Of a stretch of 64,000 bases of DNA, positions 8,615 to 17,071 are shown piece by piece. Position numbers and translations under genes: made by a program. Where the stretch lies: NCBI GenBank assembly GCA_039818205.1, contig JBCBUK010000001.1:352001-416000 (forward strand), read 5' to 3'. The notes under the pieces are model-generated. The model saw nothing but the letters and a program-made list of their open reading frames with translations. It was not told the origin of the DNA and did not search any database. Numbering within the stretch: position 1 is the stretch's first letter; every line of letters begins with the position of its first letter. Origin of the DNA: Verrucomicrobiota bacterium. Lineage in GTDB: Bacteria; Verrucomicrobiota; Verrucomicrobiia; Opitutales; Cerasicoccaceae.

Positions 8615-9760
8615 ATGAGTCACCTCGTTACTGAAGCAGCTACCTTATCACTGGTCTGCCCGGACTGGTTTTACCTGGAACACGAGCTCAAATTGCCGGA
8701 CCCCTTTGTGCTCTGGCCCGTAGGCGACCAACCCCTGCTCTACCATTGGTTCGATTATGCCTTGGACCAGGGCTACAAATGTGTCCGAATATTTGTTACT
8801 GATCGGCCGGATCGCGTGCGCGAAGCCGTTAACCAAGCCACGCTTTGGCCGATAATGCTAGAGGTGGTCACGGTTTCTCAATCTCGCGAAGACGACGGTG
8901 TGGTAATAGGCGGCCTGCCGGATGGCGAAGCCTTGGCCCTTCCGGAAAACGAATGGGACATACTCAGGCACTGGCAAAAGATGGATTCTGATTGGCTTCG
9001 GATGACCGAAGATGAGTCTTTGAAAGTCAATCTGTCTGTCGGTCGCCTCTGTCGAATTCACCCAACGGCCAAACTGGTTGCGCCCTACCTTATCGGTGAT
9101 CACGTCGCAATCGGCCCAGGAGCAACTATTGGACCCAACGCTGTTGTTGGCAGCGGCTCGATGGTCGCGGAGGATACCGTCGTAAAAAACGCGCGACTGA
9201 TGCCGCATAGCTTCCTCGGAGCCCACCTGACACTTGAGAAAGCAATCCTCTATGGACGGGTACTCTTCAATTGCAAACACCGCGCACGAATCGAACGGAT
9301 CGAATCCTTTATCGCGGACTCGGTGATTCCTCGCAATGATGCCCCACCCTGGTCCGAACGAATTGTTGCACTCGGCTACTGGATCCGTTTTCAGTTCATC
9401 CTAAAAGTCGGCCTCGCAAAGAAAAGTCCCCGCATCACGCTCAACGGCAAAAGCTATCCTGGTCCGGTCAATCCACCCTTATGGGCCGAACGTCTTCCCC
9501 GAATCTGGGAGGTCGTCTGCGGGCGCATGCGCCTATTTGGGCCCTTGCCACGATCCGACGAACAGCTCGAGCAGATACCGATCGATTGGCGCCCCATTCT
9601 CCGCGAAGCCATCCCCGGCGCCATCGCCTACAGCGATTGCCTTGGCTGCCACGACCCCAATGACCCAACGGAAGCCCTTCACGCGGTTTATCAAATCACG
9701 CATCCGGAGCAAACCCAGCCCCAATGCGAATACTTTCTCAAACAGCTAACCCACCACTAA
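8615..9760 (+). CDS. Chimeric protein: degenerate NTP-transferase N-terminus + left-handed beta-helix + degenerate sugar-transferase C-terminus
   Basis: PFVLWPVGDQPLLYHW resembles the PKPLxPV motif; hexapeptide repeats IHPTAKLVAPYLIGDHVAIGPGATIGPNAVVG; ERLPRIWEVVCGRMRLFGPLP resembles [21 protein letters not shown]. Confidence 0.65.
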   Translation: MSHLVTEAATLSLVCPDWFYLEHELKLPDPFVLWPVGDQPLLYHWFDYALDQGYKCVRIFVTDRPDRVREAVNQATLWPIMLEVVTVSQSREDDGVVIGGLPDGEALALPENEWDILRHWQKMDSDWLRMTEDESLKVNLSVGRLCRIHPTAKLVAPYLIGDHVAIGPGATIGPNAVVGSGSMVAEDTVVKNARLMPHSFLGAHLTLEKAILYGRVLFNCKHRARIERIESFIADSVIPRNDAPPWSERIVALGYWIRFQFILKVGLAKKSPRITLNGKSYPGPVNPPLWAERLPRIWEVVCGRMRLFGPLPRSDEQLEQIPIDWRPILREAIPGAIAYSDCLGCHDPNDPTEALHAVYQITHPEQTQPQCEYFLKQLTHH

Positions 9761-9769
9761 GGAACATCT

Positions 9770-10303
9770 ATGAAAGGTATGGTATTCACCGAACTCTTGG
9801 ATATGGTCGAAGATAAGTTCGGCATCGATATGGTCGATAACATCATTGATGACGCCGATCTGCCCGTTTCCAACGGTTCTTACACGGCGGTAGGCACCTA
9901 TCCGCACGAAGAAATTGTCTCACTCGTCATGCAACTCAGCAAGCATAGCGGGATCTCTCCCGACGGTCTGCTAAAAGTATTCGGAGAGCACCTTTTCGCC
10001 CGTTTTCACAAGGGCTACCCCCACTTCTTCGAAAGCGCGACGGACGCCTTTTCGTTCCTACAAAACATCGACCAGTATATTCACGTTGAGGTCCGCAAGC
10101 TCTACCCCGATGCCGAGCTACCAAAGTTTGACTGTGAACTAAACGAGAATCAGCTAAAGATGACCTATTCTTCGTCTCGTCATATGGAAGACTTCGCCGA
10201 AGGGCTGATACAAGGCTGCCTTAACCACTTTGAAGAAGAAGCCGATATTGCTCGGGAACCGGTCGATGACAATACAACGGTCTTTCTCGTGACCCATCGC
10301 TAG
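9770..10303 (+). CDS. hnoX: H-NOX heme NO-binding protein
   Basis: MKGMVF N-terminus; proximal His in YIHVEVRKLYPDAELP; YSSSR (YxSxR heme motif); GLIQG. Confidence 0.92.
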   Translation: MKGMVFTELLDMVEDKFGIDMVDNIIDDADLPVSNGSYTAVGTYPHEEIVSLVMQLSKHSGISPDGLLKVFGEHLFARFHKGYPHFFESATDAFSFLQNIDQYIHVEVRKLYPDAELPKFDCELNENQLKMTYSSSRHMEDFAEGLIQGCLNHFEEEADIAREPVDDNTTVFLVTHR

Positions 10304-10319
10304 ACGGTGGGCAGGTTGA

Positions 10320-12740
10320 ATGAGTGACGAAAGCGACAAGTGGAAACGGCGCTACGAGCGCGAACGGAATGCCCGTAAGCAGGCCGAACAACTGCTCGAA
10401 GAAAAGTCGCTCATGCTCTACGAGAAAAACGTCGAGCTCGAGAAACTAAGCGCACAGCTCGCCGAAACCGTAGAACGGCGAACGGAGGAACTTCGTTTTT
10501 CGACCAGCAAACTGCGCGAGCAGGAGGAACGAATGTCGTCACTCGCCGAGACCTTCCCCGGCGTAATCTTCCAATGGGTCGAACGGAGCAACGGTGAATC
10601 TGGCTTCAACTACATGAGCCCACGCGTCGAGAAGATCTTCGGGTTCAGCGCTACCAACGCGATCAAAGATTGGCACCGGATGCAGATTCACTACGACGAT
10701 GTGCCCGCGTGGCAGGAGTCGATAAAAGAAGCTCTCCAATCGATGTCGGAGTGGCGGTGCACCGGGCGTCTGGTCACACCCAGTGGAGAAACCAGGTGGT
10801 GGCAAGGCTACGGCAAACCGTTAAGAGTGTCGGAAACCGAGGTCGCCTTCAACGGAGTCTTTCTCGACATCAGCCAGCAGAAACAAATAGAAGCGCAGAT
10901 TCGCCGGCTTTCATTGGTCGCAAGCCGAACCATCAATGGCGTCGTCATTACCGACGAGAACGGTCGTGTCGTGTGGATCAACGAAGCTTTCGAAAGAATT
11001 ACCGGATATACTCTCCAAGAACTCCGCGGACGTAAACCCGGCGAGCTCCTCCAGGGACCATTAACTTGCCGGAAAACAATCAAATACATCGGAGAGAGGC
11101 TTAAGGAAAAACAGCCGCTTACAGCCGAACTCCTAAACTACCACAAAAACGGTGAGACCTATTGGCTGCGCCTCGACGTAAACCCGCTCTTCGACGAAAA
11201 AAATCAGCTCACGAATTTTGTGGGCATCGAGACAGACATTACCAAGCAAAAGGAAACGGAGACTGCTCTGAAACTGGCTTCGGAACATGCGCAGGAAGCC
11301 GCCAAGGAAGCCAATCGAGCCAACCAGGCAAAAAGCCGTTTTCTCGCCAGCATGAGCCACGAGATCAGGACACCGCTGAACGGGGTCCTCGGCTATACAC
11401 AGGTCCTCAACATGAGGGATGACCTACCCGAAGATGCTGCCGGCATGATCGAGTCCATCGGACGCAGCGGAGAACACCTGCTTCATCTGATTAATGATAT
11501 TCTCGACATTTCAAAGATCGAGGCGGGCAAATACGAACTGACCGGTGGCGATGTCCTCTTACAAGAGATTTTACGCGACCTGCTGGACATGTTTAGCCCG
11601 AATGCTGAGCTAAAATCGATTCGCTACGATTGCGTTTGTTGGGACTTTGAACGCGACACGCCACTAGCGGACGATAACTTCTACTTCCAAGCCGACGCCC
11701 GTGCCTTACGGCAGATCCTCCTAAACCTGGTCGGCAATGCGATCAAGTTTACTAAGCGCGGGCACGTCCTAGTCAAAGCAGGTCCGGATTCCGCATCATC
11801 ACTCAAGTTTATCGTCGAAGATACCGGAGCTGGAATCCCTGAAGAAGACCACCAACGAATCTTTGAAACCTTTGAGCAGTCCAACCAAACGAACAGCAAA
11901 GTTGCTGGAACCGGTTTGGGTCTGCCAATCTGTCGAAAGCTGGTTGGCCTCATGGAAGGCAGCATGCGTCTGGAGTCAGAAGTCGGCAAGGGATCTCGAT
12001 TCTCGTTCGATATTCCTTATATCAAGCCGAAAGAAATTCACTCGACCTATGTTCCTGTCCAAAAACTCCAGAAGGTTCACTACGTTGGACCGAAGAAAGA
12101 CATTCTTGTTGTCGATGACGATGAGCACAGCCGCCGGGTTACCAAGGAGCTACTGATCGCAGCCGGTTTCCGGGTTACCTCGGTCTCCTCCGGCGAAGAC
12201 GCACTCCACCATCTTTCACGCGAAATCCCTGACCTTGTCGCCACGGACTTGCTAATGCCAGAAATCGATGGCTTCGAACTGCGCCACCGGATCCGCGTTA
12301 CCCCAGCAATCCAACACCTACCCGTGATCGCGGTATCCGCCAGCGTCATGCAATCAGCCGAAAATGCGAGCCGCCTGAAGCCGTTTGCAGGCTTTATAGC
12401 CAAGCCCGTCAAAGCGGAAGATCTGTATCGACAGGTCGGCGAGGTTCTTGGTCTTGAATGGCAAACACCGAAATCGGAAGAAGAACAGCCTGATGATACT
12501 GAGATCTCACCTTCACCGCCCCTGGAAAAATCAATTCCGGATCGACCAGTACTCCAATCGCTCCTTGTCCTCGCCGAACAGGGTGATATGTTTGGACTAC
12601 AAAGCCAGATTGCTGAGATCCGCGAGGACTCACAGGAGCATTCCGAGTTCTATACCCAACTGCACGACCTCGCCGCCAGCTTTCAAAGCCAGGCGATCGA
12701 GGACCTTCTCAATGACTGTCTAGCCAATCACAAAGCATGA
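10320..12740 (+). CDS. H-NOX-associated hybrid histidine kinase (coiled coil-PAS-PAS-HisKA-HATPase-REC)
   Basis: N-terminal RERNARKQAEQLLEEKS coil; two PAS/PAC domains; FLASMSHEIRTPLNG, NLVGNAIKFT, DTGAGI, GTGLGL; REC with LVVDD and TDLLMP. No transmembrane helix. Confidence 0.93.
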   Translation: MSDESDKWKRRYERERNARKQAEQLLEEKSLMLYEKNVELEKLSAQLAETVERRTEELRFSTSKLREQEERMSSLAETFPGVIFQWVERSNGESGFNYMSPRVEKIFGFSATNAIKDWHRMQIHYDDVPAWQESIKEALQSMSEWRCTGRLVTPSGETRWWQGYGKPLRVSETEVAFNGVFLDISQQKQIEAQIRRLSLVASRTINGVVITDENGRVVWINEAFERITGYTLQELRGRKPGELLQGPLTCRKTIKYIGERLKEKQPLTAELLNYHKNGETYWLRLDVNPLFDEKNQLTNFVGIETDITKQKETETALKLASEHAQEAAKEANRANQAKSRFLASMSHEIRTPLNGVLGYTQVLNMRDDLPEDAAGMIESIGRSGEHLLHLINDILDISKIEAGKYELTGGDVLLQEILRDLLDMFSPNAELKSIRYDCVCWDFERDTPLADDNFYFQADARALRQILLNLVGNAIKFTKRGHVLVKAGPDSASSLKFIVEDTGAGIPEEDHQRIFETFEQSNQTNSKVAGTGLGLPICRKLVGLMEGSMRLESEVGKGSRFSFDIPYIKPKEIHSTYVPVQKLQKVHYVGPKKDILVVDDDEHSRRVTKELLIAAGFRVTSVSSGEDALHHLSREIPDLVATDLLMPEIDGFELRHRIRVTPAIQHLPVIAVSASVMQSAENASRLKPFAGFIAKPVKAEDLYRQVGEVLGLEWQTPKSEEEQPDDTEISPSPPLEKSIPDRPVLQSLLVLAEQGDMFGLQSQIAEIREDSQEHSEFYTQLHDLAASFQSQAIEDLLNDCLANHKA

Positions 12741-13843
12741 ATCAGTCTACCAAAGCCACTATTCTTGTTGTTGATGATAACGCAACCAACCTAGCGGTTG
12801 TTTGCACCCACCTAACCAAACAAGGGTTTCGTATGCTAACGGCTGAGAGCGGACCCAGTGCCCTCAGGCGACTCGATCATATTTCTCCAGACATGTTGCT
12901 CCTGGATGTCATGATGCCTGAGATGGATGGGTTTGAACTCGCACAAAGGATTCGCGAACGCGAGGACTACAACAACCAGCCAATCATCTTCATGACCGCG
13001 CTCGACGACATGAACAGCAAACTCCAAGGCTTTGCCAGTGGAGGCGTCGATTACATCACGAAGCCCATTCAGCATGAGGAGATGATCGCACGCGTTCGCA
13101 CTCACCTCGAAGTCCATCAGCTCCGGGTCGCATTGCGCAGAGAAAACGAAAACAAGGATCAACTCATCGCTGAGCTCGAAGCATACGATATGACGGTCGC
13201 GCACGACCTAAAGAATCCCATCGGTGCCATTGCCAGTGCCGCCGAAACCTTCGAGATGATGGATGACCTGACCAACGATGAGGCCAAAGAAATCATCGAG
13301 TTGATCCGAATGGGAGCCGATCAAGCACAAAACATTATCAGAGGACTTCTATCGTTTGCTCAGCTTCGCAGCGGCGAGGCTCAACGTTCGGAGGTCGACA
13401 TGGATCAGCTCGCTCGGGAATGCATTGAAACCTTGCACAGCCTTTCTGCCGAAAGCGGTGCCTCAATCGAGATCGACGGTGAGTTACCCGCGGCCTATGG
13501 TTACGCTCCGTGGTTAAGTGAAGTGTGGTCGAACCTGATCAGCAACGCGATCAAGTATGGTGGGCACCCGCCCATCATCACGATCAAGGGAGAAACATTG
13601 GAAAAGAACGTACGCTATTGCGTTGCCGACAATGGCAGTGGACTCCCTGAAGATCGCACCACCCTCTTTAAGCCGTTTTCTCGCGGAACGAGCGCCCACA
13701 CCGAGGGAACCGGGCTGGGCCTTTCCATCGTCGAACGCATCATCCGGCGCCACGAAGGTTCGATCCTCGCGGAAGACCGACCTGGCGGTGGCGCAGCAAT
13801 GACGTTCTACCTACCTAAGACCGACCGCAACCATGCTGAATAA
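12737..13843 (+). CDS. REC-HisKA-HATPase hybrid kinase/response regulator
   Basis: ILVVDDN, LLDVMMPEMDG, DYITKP; AHDLKNP; NLISNAIKY, DNGSG, GTGLGL. ATGA overlap with the upstream gene. Confidence 0.92.
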   Translation: MNQSTKATILVVDDNATNLAVVCTHLTKQGFRMLTAESGPSALRRLDHISPDMLLLDVMMPEMDGFELAQRIREREDYNNQPIIFMTALDDMNSKLQGFASGGVDYITKPIQHEEMIARVRTHLEVHQLRVALRRENENKDQLIAELEAYDMTVAHDLKNPIGAIASAAETFEMMDDLTNDEAKEIIELIRMGADQAQNIIRGLLSFAQLRSGEAQRSEVDMDQLARECIETLHSLSAESGASIEIDGELPAAYGYAPWLSEVWSNLISNAIKYGGHPPIITIKGETLEKNVRYCVADNGSGLPEDRTTLFKPFSRGTSAHTEGTGLGLSIVERIIRRHEGSILAEDRPGGGAAMTFYLPKTDRNHAE

Positions 13844-15551
13844 GGAGCAATACATCATTGATCAAAGTACGGTAACGGTTCAACAGGTGCGCGTCCGGGC
13901 CTCATTGGAAGCCGTTCATCCTGTTCGAGAAATGTTTGTTGCCTATTTGGAGTCAGTTGATGTGTCTGCCTCCGAGATCGGCGGTTGGAAGCTGGTATTT
14001 ACAGAGCTACTCAACAACGCCATCATCCATGGTTCTGGTGAAAATGATTCGGAATCAATTGAGATCGAATGGTCGTTGAGCAACCGGGCGATTCAGCTTT
14101 GCATCGAAGATCCGGGGACTGGGCCAACAAAAAGTCAGGAGATTGAAGCAACGCTGCCCGAGAATCCTGAGCAGGACCACGGACGAGGCCGATTCATTAT
14201 CCAGTCTTTCGCCGACCGGGTTGCGGAATGGAGAACAACCAACGGGTTTCGAATCGAAGTCGAGAAAGGGTGTCGGGAATCCGGAGGAATCGAACCACCA
14301 TCCGAAGAGATGGAGGCCATTCTCAAAGAACTATCCGCCAGCTACGAAGGCCTTGCCGCATTCTATCAGCTGAGTGAGTCGCTGGTCAAATCAGACACTT
14401 TGAGCATCCTGCTGGACCAAAGTCTGCGCAATGTACGGGAAAGCATTGTGCTCGACTACCTTTGCATCTTCCCGATGTCTGATTTGCCGCCCTTCATCCA
14501 AACTCAGTTTAGACAGGTCGCTCAGATCATTGATGATGTCCCAACTCCAATTCACGGTCTTCTGCAGCGCAAGTGCGAGATCGTTTGGGAAAATCCGGAT
14601 CAGCAAGCCGCTCTCGATGCTGGAGTAAATCCGATCGCCGAGTTTAGCTCAGGATGCTTGCTGCCAATAACCTCGGAAGAAAACTTCTTCGGTTTACTCG
14701 CCGCAGGACGCCGCCGCGGCTCAAACCAAATCGTGTCCTCACAAGTCAACAACCTGCGTACGTTCGCTGATATTTTTGGAATTGCGATTGCCAATTTCAT
14801 TTCCACAACGATCCGGCACGAAGCAGAAAAAGACTTACGCGAATTCGAAATCGCCGCAGAAATCCAACAACACCTGCTGCCAATTCGGCAACCAATCGAA
14901 CCCATGAAACATGAGGTTCGAGTGTTTCAACGAGTCGCCCAGAATGTAGCGGGCGACTATGCTGAATACTGTCAGGATAGGCTAGGCAACCACTACCTAA
15001 CCATTATCGACGTCATGGGCAAAGGCGTGTCGGCGGCAATGCTCGGAATTCTGTACCGAGCCGCCCTCAATCTACTCCTAAGCACACCCAAGCCACTGCC
15101 CGTCATGCTTGAGCAAATCGGGCGCGTCCTCAATTTCATGTTGGGTGATCTAACGATGTTCATCACCGTGACGATTCTGCGTTGGAATGACGAAGTCGAC
15201 ATGATCGAACATGTCAACGCAGGCCATTGCCCGACGGTTAAAATATCTGAAGATGGAACCATCCAACAATTTGAGCCCTCTGGTCCGCCAATTGGATTGT
15301 TGGCCGAATACCGCTATGAGAGTGACACCATTGAGATGGAACCTGGGGATCGCGTCATTTTGGTTTCGGATGGATGCTATGAATGGAAGACCAACGATTC
15401 GATATTCGGGTGGGAGCGATTAATCGACCTTATTAGAGAAGGTAACCACCCTCACGGCGCTCAGCTCTGGCACGCGCTTTGCCAAATAATGGACCTAGGC
15501 CCCAATGGCGAGGAACCCGCCGACGACATTACCCTCGTGTTTCTAAAGTAA
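13833..15551 (+). CDS. RsbW/SpoIIAB-like Ser kinase + GAF-like + SpoIIE/PP2C phosphatase fusion
   Basis: Kinase motifs ELLNNAIIHG, EDPGTG, HGRGRFII; GAF-like LLPI...FFGLL...FADIFGIAIAN; PP2C motifs IQQHLLP, AGDY, DVMGKG, NAGH, SDG, DDIT. Confidence 0.88.
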   Translation: MLNKEQYIIDQSTVTVQQVRVRASLEAVHPVREMFVAYLESVDVSASEIGGWKLVFTELLNNAIIHGSGENDSESIEIEWSLSNRAIQLCIEDPGTGPTKSQEIEATLPENPEQDHGRGRFIIQSFADRVAEWRTTNGFRIEVEKGCRESGGIEPPSEEMEAILKELSASYEGLAAFYQLSESLVKSDTLSILLDQSLRNVRESIVLDYLCIFPMSDLPPFIQTQFRQVAQIIDDVPTPIHGLLQRKCEIVWENPDQQAALDAGVNPIAEFSSGCLLPITSEENFFGLLAAGRRRGSNQIVSSQVNNLRTFADIFGIAIANFISTTIRHEAEKDLREFEIAAEIQQHLLPIRQPIEPMKHEVRVFQRVAQNVAGDYAEYCQDRLGNHYLTIIDVMGKGVSAAMLGILYRAALNLLLSTPKPLPVMLEQIGRVLNFMLGDLTMFITVTILRWNDEVDMIEHVNAGHCPTVKISEDGTIQQFEPSGPPIGLLAEYRYESDTIEMEPGDRVILVSDGCYEWKTNDSIFGWERLIDLIREGNHPHGAQLWHALCQIMDLGPNGEEPADDITLVFLK

Positions 15552-15554
15552 GTC

Positions 15555-15923
15555 ATGAAAGAGATAATTGTAGTCGACGACGACATCACGATGATACGCC
15601 TGCTTCAGTTGCATTTGCGCCGGGCGAAAATCAAAGGGCACTACTTTCAATCTGGCCAACAGTGTTTACAAGCCGCCGCCGGGATAAACGCAGACCTTGC
15701 CTTGCTCGACTACGACCTGCCCGACACCAAGGGCACCTTGCTAATGAGGTCCCTACGCGAGATTCCAGGCTACGAGGAGCTGCCGGTGCTCATTTTCACC
15801 GCACGAACCAGTAGTGAATTACTTCCCAAGATCAAAGAGTCCGGGGCGAACACCGTCCTTTCGAAACCCTTTAGCCCAACCCACTTGATCCGCCAGATCG
15901 AGAGCTTCCTTACCCAAGAGTGA
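15555..15923 (+). CDS. Single-domain response regulator (REC)
   Basis: IIVVDDD, LLDYDLPD, FTA, KPF; 122 aa with no output domain. Confidence 0.9.
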   Translation: MKEIIVVDDDITMIRLLQLHLRRAKIKGHYFQSGQQCLQAAAGINADLALLDYDLPDTKGTLLMRSLREIPGYEELPVLIFTARTSSELLPKIKESGANTVLSKPFSPTHLIRQIESFLTQE

Positions 15924-17059
15924 AATCACGCGTTGACTGTTTTATCTTTGCTGACGCCCTAGGCTGGAAACTCGCCCAGGAGCGAAACTTCTTGGACGAC
16001 TTGTTACCCGTTCGTTCTCCGGCGCAAACGCTGTTTGGGTACTCGTCCACGTGTGACCCGACGATTTTGACCGGCGCCCTCCCTTGTGACCACGGACATT
16101 TTTCCTTCTTTGTTAAGGCGGATAACGACTCACCCTTTAAGGGTCTGGGTAGGTTCGGATTCCTACCGCAAAAGATCGCCGGGCACCACCGCATCCGCAA
16201 TCGTGTCAGCCGATACTACGCCAAAGCGTTAGGATACACAGGCTATTTCCAACTCTACAGTGTCCCGTTTGGCCGCTTACCTTACCTCGACTATACCGAG
16301 AAAAAGGACATTTATGAACCGGGAGGAATCATCGGAGGACAACCAACCATCTTTGAGTTTTGGGAGGAATCCAAGAAGCCTTGGCTACGCTCTGATTGGA
16401 GGGCTGGAGACGCGGCGAATTTGGCTCAAGCCAAGCAGGCACTAGAGAAAGGCGACATCGAGCTACTCTATCTCTTTACGGCAGGTCTCGATGCCACCAT
16501 GCATCGTTACGGTCCGAGTGGACCCGAGGTCGATGCAGCCTTCGACCAGTTTGCCAGCGAGCTTAGGCAGTTGCACGCTATTGCTTCCAAACACTACCGC
16601 GAAGTTCGACTTCATTTGTTCAGCGATCACGGAATGGCGAAAATCACTACGGCTTCCAACATGCTAAAGCGCTGGCCCGAGATCGACCTGCGATACGGAG
16701 AGGACTATGTCGCCGTTTGGGATTCAACCATGGTCCGCTTTTGGTTCAACAATGACCGCGCCCGAGACATTACAGCCGGCTGGTTGCGAGCCCAACCCGA
16801 TGGAAAAATCGTTACCGACAAAGAACTCGCGGCGGGCGGTTGTCTCTTTCCTGAGAGGCAATATGGTGACCTCTTCTATCTGTTACCAGCTGGCAGCCTA
16901 TTTGTCCCCTCATACATGAACCTAGGTTTCGTCAAAGGAATGCATGGCTATGACCCAGCCCATGAAGACAGTACCGCCTGTTGGCTAGCGACTCACGAGA
17001 CCCTACCTGTAAAAAGTCTCACCGATATCTACCCCGTCATGCGCGCCGCCGCGCAATAA
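15920..17059 (+). CDS. Alkaline-phosphatase-superfamily enzyme (nucleotide pyrophosphatase/phosphodiesterase type)
   Basis: Metal-ligand motifs FADALG, GYSST, DATMH, FSDHG, GMHGY. No signal peptide is evident. Confidence 0.8.
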   Translation: MKSRVDCFIFADALGWKLAQERNFLDDLLPVRSPAQTLFGYSSTCDPTILTGALPCDHGHFSFFVKADNDSPFKGLGRFGFLPQKIAGHHRIRNRVSRYYAKALGYTGYFQLYSVPFGRLPYLDYTEKKDIYEPGGIIGGQPTIFEFWEESKKPWLRSDWRAGDAANLAQAKQALEKGDIELLYLFTAGLDATMHRYGPSGPEVDAAFDQFASELRQLHAIASKHYREVRLHLFSDHGMAKITTASNMLKRWPEIDLRYGEDYVAVWDSTMVRFWFNNDRARDITAGWLRAQPDGKIVTDKELAAGGCLFPERQYGDLFYLLPAGSLFVPSYMNLGFVKGMHGYDPAHEDSTACWLATHETLPVKSLTDIYPVMRAAAQ

Positions 17060-17071
17060 CAGATTCAAACC

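Noticed and set aside
10920..11250. Second PAS domain of the hybrid kinase resembles a LOV domain
   Set aside because: The GxNCRFLQ motif is replaced by GRKPGELLQG with no photoactive Cys, so there is no support for a photoreceptor.
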